32,000 bases of DNA from Acaryochloris marina S15 (GTDB lineage Bacteria; Cyanobacteriota; Cyanobacteriia; Thermosynechococcales; Thermosynechococcaceae): assembly GCF_018336915.1 (NCBI RefSeq), contig NZ_CP064925.1:1-32000 (forward strand). Reading direction: 5' to 3'. The notes under the pieces were generated by a model. It saw nothing but the letters and a program-made list of their open reading frames with translations. It made no database searches and had not been told where the DNA came from. Position numbers and translations under genes: made by a program. Of the stretch, positions 17,590 through 25,308 are shown one piece after another. Each line of letters opens with the position of its first letter. The stretch's first letter is position 1.

Positions 17590-17693
17590 TATAGAAATCT
17601 GAAGTGCGTCGTGAGAATTGTTTTTTAATCTAAATGAGCACTAGCAAAGATTTCAGCCTCACTCAATCTCACAAATAATTTTAGATTTCTATA
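17590..17693 (+). repeat. About 104-bp hairpin-forming repeat, copy 2 (family B)
   Basis: Direct repeat of 17219..17321. The termini are TATAGAAATCTGA...TTAGATTTCTATA. Flanking AGAGGGTT / AACCCTCT extends the stem. Confidence 0.6.
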
Positions 17694-17936
17694 GAAGCAC
17701 TAAAACCCTCTCGATAATGAATCATAATTATTCAAATATCTTCTTAGCTAGGGCTGTTTTAAGATCTTGTGATAGCTCTGGGTCAAACTAAACAAGCTTT
17801 CCAGAAAATGCTTGAATCTAACTCTTTTGAATTCACAAGTCTTATATTTATTTTTCGAGCACACTAGATATTTCTCTTTATCAGAACCTATATATTGATT
17901 GCCCATAATTCTAATACTTGCTTCATCTAGAATTAT

Positions 17937-18143
17937 TCAGGCTGACATAGTCTGAAAACAGTGTCGACAATACCAACAAAGCTCTCCCGATTGCATCTGA
18001 CGCAATAATATATCCGAACAGCAAGGGCAAATCTGTCGATGGACAATGGGTTTATTTATTTTTGTATCTCTTAGCCTAAAGCTAGTGCTAGATAGAGTTA
18101 ATAATCTCTTATTTTTTTTGTTTTTAGCTGGCATTTTCATCAT
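17937..18143 (-). CDS. Small zinc-ribbon protein (CPCC...CxxC)
   Basis: 68-aa ORF with a basic N-terminus (KNKKNKR). The four-Cys signature is ICPCCSDILLRQMQSGELCWYCRHCFQ. Confidence 0.45.
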   Translation of the reverse strand: MMKMPAKNKKNKRLLTLSSTSFRLRDTKINKPIVHRQICPCCSDILLRQMQSGELCWYCRHCFQTMSA

Positions 18144-18458
18144 ATTTTTTATCTGCTTATTCTACGATCAAACAACAGTGGAATGAGGGAGAGTCCAAGA
18201 ATTGATAATATTAAGAGTATAGCTGTCTAGACATTTCTAAACATTAACATTTAGAAGCAATATTAAGATGTTCACTAGAGCTGTTTAATGGTATTTTGTG
18301 CTATATTTCTATAGTTAAAAGTCTAATACTGGATATACCACTCCTATCTTTTTCAGAAGTAGCTAATTTAAGGTGTAAGGTGTTTCTATTCTGTCGCTCA
18401 GTCAGAGAATGAGGACGGTTACAACTGATTTATAATTGCTTATTCCATCTTCAGTGGA

Positions 18459-18605
18459 TTAGGTTTTCCTCTTATATGAATGCTTTCGCTTTCTAATAAT
18501 CTCTTGGACTTCTTCAAGAGGAAGACTCAATTTCGTAGCAATTTGTTTGGGAGAAAGATTCAATGCCCTCAAGGTAGTAATTTCATGTTCCTGCTCAGAC
18601 TCCAT
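18459..18605 (-). CDS. Candidate 48-aa helix-turn-helix micro-protein
   Basis: Hand translation: MESEQEHEITTLRALNLSPKQIATKLSLPLEEVQEIIRKRKHSYKRKT. The LSPKQIATKLSLPLEEV segment looks like an HTH, followed by a basic tail. It is below the ORF-track length cutoff. Confidence 0.3.
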   Translation of the reverse strand: MESEQEHEITTLRALNLSPKQIATKLSLPLEEVQEIIRKRKHSYKRKT

Positions 18606-19426
18606 AGATCAACCTCGTAATTAATATCTGGCTTAATAGCTGTTTCAAAAAGATGCACAATAATCAGGTAATTTTAGATCTATAAAGTATCTTTGGCTGA
18701 TTTGTGCCCATAGAGCTGATAACATTTATTTTTATAGATTTCAAGCATTTTTTGACTTCAGCTTATCCGAAATCAATAAAAAGCTAATATTTAGATTTGA
18801 GGCGTCAATAGCTATTACGAAGCATCACTTAGACAATCTATACTCCACAAATACTCTGAACTCTTAACTTTGTTGTTAGACGAATAATTTTACTATAGCC
18901 ACAGAAATCCACAGGCTATAAGGGCTAGTTCTGTATGCTGCCATTCAAAAACCTTACCCCTAATCGTATTAACCATCTTCAATCCAGACTAGTTCAGGTT
19001 GGTACTATCGAGATCCCCATAAACCAATCCTGAAGCACTCAAATGCGTCCGAGCGGATCGACCTTACTTAAATCTGTATCAACAAAACTAAGCCCATTTA
19101 AATCTTGGTTTCTAAATTTTTCCCCAGCTTTATATTCTATTGGAATCTTTTTGGCATCCATAAAGGCTGCCTCACAATGTATAGCGTTATCGCTGTGAAT
19201 ATACTCATCTTAACTCACATTGCTTTTCTATAACTTTTCAAAAGCCAGACTCACCAAACCTCCACATTGATGTCAGCGAGTTTTATTGTTACCCCTGATG
19301 AGCTTCTCACTCGACTTGAGTTCCCGATCTGCTCCGAGGGCACTATTTGAATTGATTAGCCAGGTTACCTGAAATTTGGATCTGGTTTAGCTATGCCTGG
19401 GTGTCACTCCCGTCCGGTAGAATAAC

Positions 19427-20797
19427 TTGAATTGCCCAGAGCGATCGCACTCCTTGAAAACAGATTCAATTTTCCTAACATCTTTACTCCTGTCTCAAGT
19501 GGCACCTGCTATTGCTGCACATTCAGAGATCGTTATACCGCAGGATGTTCGGGCATTACCTGGAGAGCTGGATGACAGTCTGTTCTTGAACAGTAATAGT
19601 CCAGAGGTTATTAACACAGGGGGAATATTGCTTTCAACCTTTCCTAAATCAGGCAAAACATCGCCTCGTGCCCATCTCGATTTTGCCTTGAATGGAGAGT
19701 TATATATATTTGCTCATCATGTGACTCGGCGTCGTTCAAGGAGGGGCAAGAGATCCCTCTATCAGGGGATACTGCTTCATAACCCCACCAGCAAGACAGT
19801 TCAAGTTAAGGTTCTTCAGGCAACAAGCTTTCTGAGCAGCGCTCATGCTCCCTTCATTCCCTTAAAAAATCAGATAGTTGATTCGACTGGTAACGTATTT
19901 TCTGGGCCGGGTAGCCGAATCACCAGTGTCATCCTTCGAGGCAAAAGCCAGCCCGGCTGGACATCAAAAGTCGTTATTCCTCCTCGAAAAAGCCACATGT
20001 TGGTCAATCGCGCCATCCCCCCCAGTAACAGTCGCACTACTTGGATGCGATTGAGAACGGATGGCCCGCTCTATGTCGCTAGCATGGCGAAGCATGGAAC
20101 TCCTTGGTATAGCGGTCCTAGCTTAGCAACCTGGAAACTATTGTTAGCAAAAGGGGAATTGATAAAACCAAGAGATAAAGTGCCCTCTCCCCTTGATTTT
20201 AAGGGAAGCAAATTTATTTATGGCCGAGTTGCAGGGATCTCAAAGGGCGGAGAGTGGCGAGCGACAGTAACGGATACTCCTCAGTCCAATGAACTTAAAA
20301 TCCCTAAATCTGGTCAAGCATTCTCCTATGTGATCAGTTCACTCCATCGAGGCACATTCGGGACTGGGCAAATCCAAAGTGCTCCGATGTTAAAGCGCTA
20401 CGATGACACGGCATATCTTGCTCACGGTAACTATGGTCTCAAGTACAACCTAGATATACCTTTACACAATACAACTCAGCGCACTCAGACAGTAACCATT
20501 GCTCTGCAAACTCCCCTGAAAGAGGACCGTCTGACTCGCAAAGGTCTCCGTTTTCTAAAATCGCCCTCTGGTCCGATCTGCTTTCGGGGGACGATCAAAC
20601 TGAGCTTTCCTCAGGGGTCTCCAACCCAAAGTGTCCCTGAACAACAGTATTTTCATCTGGTACAACGATGCGGTCAGCAGGGGAAACCTCTAGTCACCTT
20701 GCCAATTTCTCCGCAAGGAACAATTCGAGCCAAGGTTGAATTGCTATATCCTCCTGATTCAACACCCCCTCAAGTGTTAACGATCCGCACCTTGTAG
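19427..20797 (+). CDS. Secreted protein resembling the cyanobacterial DUF3370 family
   Basis: 456-aa ORF starting at a TTG. It is signal-peptide-like (IFLTSLLLSQVAPAIAA). Blocks recalled from DUF3370 proteins: LPGELDDSLFLNSNSPEVI..GGILLSTFP, IFAHHV. The start codon is uncertain. Confidence 0.75.
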   Translation: MNCPERSHSLKTDSIFLTSLLLSQVAPAIAAHSEIVIPQDVRALPGELDDSLFLNSNSPEVINTGGILLSTFPKSGKTSPRAHLDFALNGELYIFAHHVTRRRSRRGKRSLYQGILLHNPTSKTVQVKVLQATSFLSSAHAPFIPLKNQIVDSTGNVFSGPGSRITSVILRGKSQPGWTSKVVIPPRKSHMLVNRAIPPSNSRTTWMRLRTDGPLYVASMAKHGTPWYSGPSLATWKLLLAKGELIKPRDKVPSPLDFKGSKFIYGRVAGISKGGEWRATVTDTPQSNELKIPKSGQAFSYVISSLHRGTFGTGQIQSAPMLKRYDDTAYLAHGNYGLKYNLDIPLHNTTQRTQTVTIALQTPLKEDRLTRKGLRFLKSPSGPICFRGTIKLSFPQGSPTQSVPEQQYFHLVQRCGQQGKPLVTLPISPQGTIRAKVELLYPPDSTPPQVLTIRTL

Positions 20798-21153
20798 CAA
20801 TGTTGCAGAAGTTAGACTTGCAGAAGTCTGTGCAAACCCGTTAGTGATTGAAGGGGAAGATATGTCGGCTTGGGTGGATGCGATCACGCAGTACTAGGAA
20901 GTTGATGGAGTGATGTAATTCTCAAATTTGGAAAGAGCAGTGCAGTTGCCTTTGGTGGCAGTTTGGATTGGGATTTTGTTGGGTGGTTTTTGGGTGGAGA
21001 AGCGAGGAGAGTTTTATGGGCAGGAGGTCTGGGCGAAGTGGCAGGGTGAACCGTGAGTGGGATTTGGGTTGAAAGTCAGTGAAAGTGATTGAGGAAAGAC
21101 TAAGCCATAGCAATCCTCTGCTTTACTAGAACTACACTGATCTACGACAAACT

Positions 21154-22092
21154 ATGGCCGCCGACAACAAATATTCCGAAGTACTTCTTAAGTTAAAGAC
21201 TCACTACCAAGAGACACTGGCTGAACTTGAAGCTCAAGCGAGTCAACTCATACCAATTTGCGTTTTAAATCGTAATTCTCATATGAGGAAAATTGGTCAT
21301 AGAAGTCAGCCTATCGGGTAAAGGTCAGACATCCTTTCAATCCTTCAAGGTGAGGCAGATTCACCCACCTCAACAGAACCAGCCTCAAAAGTTGCCGACA
21401 CAGTAGAACCCAAAGCCAAGTCTAAGAAAACTGCTCCAAAAGCTGCTTCAAAGAAGAAGTCTTCAACTCCCCAAAAATCAGCTTCTACTGCAAAGACAAG
21501 CGGAACAGTAGAAACTAAAGCCGAAGCTACCCCAAAGAAAGCTGCTCAGAAAGCGTCACCCTCATCTGGGAAGAGAAAATCTCCAACATCCAAAAAATCA
21601 GCCTCAGCTCCAAAAAATGCAAATAAGGTAGAGCCTAAAGCTGAAGCTACTTCCAAGAAAGCCGCCCCAAAAGCTTCGTCCACATCCTCAAAGAAAAAAT
21701 CTGCAACTCCTAAGAAAGCTATATCTCAAACTGCCGCAAAGAAAGAGAAAAGTCAGAAGAAAACAAGCAGCACTTCATCAAGCAGTCTGACAATGAACAA
21801 GCCGTATGATCAGATGAACAAAATTGATGCAATCTCACAGATCATGCAGGAGAACCCTGGGAAAGTCATGCACAACGATGATCTGATCTTTATTATATTT
21901 GGTGAACTGAGTGGAGACGAACTCAAAGCTGAGCGCAATCGGATGTACAAAACCATGTATGACGGAACAAAGCAGAACCGATGGATTAAATCCCCTAATG
22001 TACCAATGAGTTATATCTTTGAAGAAAATTCACAGGTTAAACCCAAGGAATCTAAAAAGACTAAAACCCGGAAATCTCCTAAGAAGTCCTGA
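21154..22092 (+). pseudogene. Disrupted copy of the coiled-coil / lysine-rich repeat protein gene (paralog of 29001..29933)
   Basis: The ATG at 21154 gives MAADNKYSEVLLKLKTHYQETLAELEAQASQL, then a 75-nt foreign segment (21251-21325) with an in-frame TAA at 21319. The same frame then continues open to 22092. It is identical to the other copy from 21397 on. Confidence 0.75.
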
Positions 22093-22561
22093 TGTTGAAA
22101 CGCAGTTCCACTCAATAAAAAATCAACGAGATTCATATTGCTCAAGAATATGAGGGGGTAATGGGTTGCCCTCCACGGTGATCTTTGTTGATTGATGCAG
22201 CTTCTCTATCTCTGGTGGCAAGCTACTCAGTTGATTGCCCCGGAGGTCTAGCGTTTGTAGCTTGGTAAGCTGTCCAATTCCTGATGGCAAGCTACTCAGT
22301 TGGTTGCTCGATAGGTTTAGCGATTGCAGATTGGTAAGCCATAGGATCTCTGGTGGCAAGCTACTTAGTTGGTTACTCGACAGGTTTAGCTTTTGTAGCT
22401 TGGTAAGCTGTATGATTCCTGTTGGTATTTGGGTAAGTGACAGCTCGCTCAAATCTAGCTCAGATGCCTTTGTCTCTTTTGCCACTTGAATTCGACGCTG
22501 GACCTCAAAATAGCGTTGAACTTCTTTGGGTAATTGTGATTGCGCTAGATGTGTAGAATCC
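21397..22561. repeat. 1165-bp near-identical duplication, copy 1 (partner at 29238..30402)
   Basis: Constant offset of 7841 bp. I checked eight 60-bp blocks of the 1165 bp against the partner, and the paired ORF-track proteins agree. One difference was found (T at 22370 versus C at 30211). Weaker homology extends upstream to about 21045 / 28920. Confidence 0.85.
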
Positions 22562-22677
22562 TTATGAGCTGGATTTGCCAGTACAACTACAAACTTTCTA
22601 CCCACTGAGTTGCCTAGCCCTACTGCCAGAGCTACCAACACCACAATTCCTTGAGAGAGTCTCCTAATATGTGACAT
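22123..22677 (-). CDS. Leucine-rich-repeat protein with an N-terminal signal/anchor (intact copy)
   Basis: 184 aa. The N-terminus is hydrophobic (GIVVLVALAVGLG). It has about five 23-residue LRRs (LxxLxxLNLSSNQLSSLPxEIxxLTNLQ). Confidence 0.85.
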   Translation of the reverse strand: MSHIRRLSQGIVVLVALAVGLGNSVGRKFVVVLANPAHKDSTHLAQSQLPKEVQRYFEVQRRIQVAKETKASELDLSELSLTQIPTGIIQLTKLQKLNLSSNQLSSLPPEILWLTNLQSLNLSSNQLSSLPSGIGQLTKLQTLDLRGNQLSSLPPEIEKLHQSTKITVEGNPLPPHILEQYESR

Positions 22678-22739
22678 ATTCCGCAGCTTCCTCAGAAAAA
22701 AGAATAACTGTACTCAAGTCTAGATCTACCCTGCTATTA

Positions 22740-22880
22740 TCACCCCCAGGCCCTCGCCACCCGCTCCCGATCCAGCCACACTCCGATCATCTCCTCAATC
22801 CGCTCAATTGTCCCGGTAGCTGCAGCCCCAAAACTTCAACAATATCGAAGTCCCCTCATCTTCAATCCTCAGTGACACCT
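22740..22880 (-). pseudogene. Decayed fragment homologous to the 3' end of the gene at 24337..24957
   Basis: 22738-22810 aligns at roughly 88% with 24335-24407 (...cccgatcca[g/a]ccacactccgatcatctcctcaatccgctcaat...). It translates to GTIERIEEMIGVWLDRERVARAWG* with a frameshift and stops upstream. Confidence 0.55.
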
Positions 22881-22964
22881 TAAGGAAAAATTCAGGTATG
22901 GCGAAAGGTCTTCTAACAAAGCGCTAAACTGTTTGCAAAACCAGAATCGCGGGTCTTCTCAACA

Positions 22965-23387
22965 ATGGCTGAGTTAAAAACTAAACCTACTGAAGAAAAC
23001 CCTTACGAATTCCTCAAAGGAATTGAAGATGATCACAAACGTACTGATTGCCTCGAACTGTTAGCCTTGATGGAAGCTATTACTGATAAGAAGCCAAAAA
23101 TGTGGGGAACCAGCATCGTGGGCTTTGGCAATTATCACTACAAATATGCCAGTGGCAGAGAAGGAGATTATTTTGTCACCGGATTCTTACCTCGCAAACA
23201 GAATATAACCATTTACATCATGCCTGGATTTACCCGCTACGAAGCAGTGATGAGCAAGATTGGAAAGTACAAAACCGGAAAATCATGCTTTTACATTAAG
23301 AAATTGGATGATATTGATCGTGACTTGTTGCAAGAGCTTATATCTCAATCTGTAGAAGACATGGCAAAAATATATGAGTGTAAATAG
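22965..23387 (+). CDS. DUF1801 (YdhG-like) domain protein
   Basis: 140 aa. Blocks typical of DUF1801: MWGTSIVGFGNYHYKYASGREGDYFVTGFLPRKQNITIYI, KYKTGKSCFYIKKLDDID. Confidence 0.8.
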   Translation: MAELKTKPTEENPYEFLKGIEDDHKRTDCLELLALMEAITDKKPKMWGTSIVGFGNYHYKYASGREGDYFVTGFLPRKQNITIYIMPGFTRYEAVMSKIGKYKTGKSCFYIKKLDDIDRDLLQELISQSVEDMAKIYECK

Positions 23388-23457
23388 CCTCTGCATTTAG
23401 TACTAAACATCTCTACAAATTCCTTCTAACAATAAGTACACCTAGAGAAAAATTCTG

Positions 23458-23892
23458 ATGAGAATTAAACCCTTAGAGTACATGCGTCCAAACACATGCA
23501 TCACCTTACGAGAAGGTATTCAAGAACTTCGCAAAAGCGAAGGTTTAGAGAATGTTACACCAGATCTCGTTGATATTTTAGATGTTCATGATGCTATTCA
23601 TGTACTGTTTGCCTGTCCAACAAACCTGACCGGAGAAATCAGCGCTCATATTTGGAAGATTTTTGGTACAACAATGAAAATGGCAGATATGCATCGAGTT
23701 AATCGGCATGAAGACCATCGCCAAGTACTTGCAAAAATTGGACACAGCAAACTGATTCGCACATGGTTCAAAAGTATTCCGTATATCGTGGCGACCTTGT
23801 TCCGTTCGTTCCGAATGAAACGACGATGGCCAGCAGGGGATTATGCATTATTCATGGACATTCCTTTAACCTACATTTCACAGGTAGTTTGA
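23458..23892 (+). CDS. Hypothetical protein with a Coq4-like HDxxH-x11-E motif
   Basis: 144-aa ORF. VHDAIHVLFACPTNLTGE fits the Coq4-family zinc motif HDxxH(x)11E. The rest was not recognised. Confidence 0.6.
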   Translation: MRIKPLEYMRPNTCITLREGIQELRKSEGLENVTPDLVDILDVHDAIHVLFACPTNLTGEISAHIWKIFGTTMKMADMHRVNRHEDHRQVLAKIGHSKLIRTWFKSIPYIVATLFRSFRMKRRWPAGDYALFMDIPLTYISQVV

Positions 23893-23947
23893 ATTCTATG
23901 AAACCAATTCTAGGAATGAGTTTCAGACAAAATAGCAGAACAAACTC

Positions 23948-23994
23948 GCATCAGGCATTATCATTAGCTGAGTTCTAATGATAATGTCTGATGC
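23948..23994 (+). terminator. 19-bp stem hairpin downstream of 23458..23892
   Basis: gcatcaggcattatcatta / loop gctgagttc / taatgataatgtctgatgc. There are 18 Watson-Crick pairs plus one G-U. No U-tract follows. Confidence 0.4.
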
Positions 23995-24253
23995 CTCAAA
24001 GGCTGATTCTTCGTTAGCTCCCAAATTTTGGAAGTTAACTCACTGCACTTGTTAAGAGCTATAAATCATCAAATCACCCAAATAAACCTATTTTTTGATT
24101 TTGAGCAGTGTTTTGAACATCATTTAATGTGAATAAAGCCACTTTTAAGCTTTTTTTCGACGTTTATCGTACCTGTAAAAAGTAGGCTTTAAATGAGTTG
24201 CGTTACCGATTCGGTGTGTATTTACCACGTCAGGAAAACTGGTCTAGCAATTC

Positions 24254-24308
24254 TCTACCTGCGTCATGGAGCGGCTGTGGCACACAGCCGCTCCATGACG
24301 CAGGTAGA
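24254..24308. terminator. Perfect 26-bp inverted repeat (3-nt loop) just downstream of 24337..24957
   Basis: tctacctgcgtcatggagcggctgtg-gca-cacagccgctccatgacgcaggtaga. It lies 29 bp past the TGA of the minus-strand gene. No U-tract on either strand. Confidence 0.45.
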
Positions 24309-24336
24309 ATAAACATCACTTTCCATGTTTACCCAA

Positions 24337-24957
24337 TCACCCCCAAACCCTACTCACCCGTTCCCGATCCAACCACACTCCGATCATCTCCTCAATCCGC
24401 TCAATGGTCTCCCCTGGCCGCAGACTCAACACCTGCAACACATCAAACGTGTCCTCTAATTCCAAGGCACACTCAAAACAGAACTCAGGCGTATCAAACG
24501 AGATTCTGATGAAGGGCTTGCCGCTGCCCTCAACGGTAATCCAATATTTCCCTGAACTGCTTTGGGAAACGGTCAGATACTCAAGCTGCCCCTTTTGCTT
24601 GGTCTGCTCAATCAGAGTCTTTTGACTCTGCTCAAGAGCGTGGAATTTTGCCTCAAAGTCTCTGGATACTCTGGGGGGTCGGACTCGTCCTGGTGTTTGC
24701 CGAGCTGAATACCCTCGTTGTGTTCTCCGTGTATCGGTGGGTTCGCTGCGGTCGTATTTGAGAGTGGGTTCAGTGGTGCGATCATCGTCTTCAGACTGTG
24801 GAGCTACCTTGCGCTTCACTGGCAGATCATCTTTCCGATCGATGGTGGGGAATGATGCCTTGTCTGAGTATGTGGGGGTTGATTCAGTGTTTGTTGGTAT
24901 CTTTAGCGAGAGTTGGGTTGATGCCTTGGGCTTCAGTGAGACGAGTTTGGGTTTCAA
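24337..24957 (-). CDS. Hypothetical protein (disordered K/P/T/R-rich N-terminal half, unrecognised C-terminal domain)
   Basis: 206-aa ORF starting at a TTG. The C-terminal part (...KYWITVEGSGKPFIRISFDTPEFCFECALELEDTFDVLQVLSLRPGETIERIEEMIGVWLDRERV) has a decayed paralog fragment at 22740..22880. Confidence 0.6.
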   Translation of the reverse strand: MKPKLVSLKPKASTQLSLKIPTNTESTPTYSDKASFPTIDRKDDLPVKRKVAPQSEDDDRTTEPTLKYDRSEPTDTRRTQRGYSARQTPGRVRPPRVSRDFEAKFHALEQSQKTLIEQTKQKGQLEYLTVSQSSSGKYWITVEGSGKPFIRISFDTPEFCFECALELEDTFDVLQVLSLRPGETIERIEEMIGVWLDRERVSRVWG

Positions 24958-24972
24958 TGCAGATATCCTCTA

Positions 24973-25131
24973 CTAAGGCACGTCCAGTGTAGCCTCTAGG
25001 ATATGCGCGAGGGATTTCGTTGGGAACTCTGTTTTGTCTAGGAGTTTTGGAGTGGAAGGGGCGGGCTTGGGTTGCTCTGGGGTGGTCTGGGGGGTGGGCT
25101 TGGAGTTGAGGCTGATGATTTGGGGGTTCAT
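24973..25131 (-). CDS. Candidate 52-aa proline-rich ORF, in frame with 24337..24957 and separated from it by TAG TAG
   Basis: Hand translation: MNPQIISLNSKPTPQTTPEQPKPAPSTPKLLDKTEFPTKSLAHILEATLDVP, then TAG (24973-75) and TAG (24970-72). RISA follows, then the TTG of the next ORF. Confidence 0.3.
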   Translation of the reverse strand: MNPQIISLNSKPTPQTTPEQPKPAPSTPKLLDKTEFPTKSLAHILEATLDVP

Positions 25132-25295
25132 GGGGAGAGTCTTCTAACGCACCGTTAGTTTATCGATATGGCTTCTTGAGGGGAGGGGATTGTTGTAAAC
25201 GCTTACTTACTTCAATACCTTCCACACTATCTTCAACTTTAAGTTTTCGTTGTTTTATATATAGATAAAGCTCAATCTATATTTATTTATTAATT

Positions 25296-25304
25296 TGCTA
25301 TAAT
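25296..25304 (+). promoter_or_regulatory. Extended -10 promoter element TGcTATAAT
   Basis: tgctataat at 25296-25304 in an AT-rich tract. The -35 is weak. It lies immediately upstream of the structured region. Confidence 0.35.
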
Positions 25305-25308
25305 CTAT

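Noticed and set aside
19005-19161. A 40-codon minus-strand ORF (MDAKKIPIEYKAGEKFRNQDLNGLSFVDTDLSKVD...) that continues in another frame as ...LSASGLVYGDLDSTNLN. It looks like a frameshifted pentapeptide-repeat remnant.
   Set aside because: It is too short and too degenerate to call. It is mentioned only as part of the gene-poor region.
20922-21113. 63-aa minus-strand ORF upstream of the broken module copy, and the plus-strand ORFs 22671..22883 and 24198..24509.
   Set aside because: The first lies in a G/C-tract low-complexity spacer. The other two run antisense across the gene relic at 22740..22880, the 26-bp palindrome and the 3' end of 24337..24957.
21154-21400. I considered whether the diverged 5' part of the duplication could be a diversity-generating retroelement template/variable pair.
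   Set aside because: The mismatches between copies are a mix of transitions at all four bases, not adenine-specific, and no reverse transcriptase gene is present.
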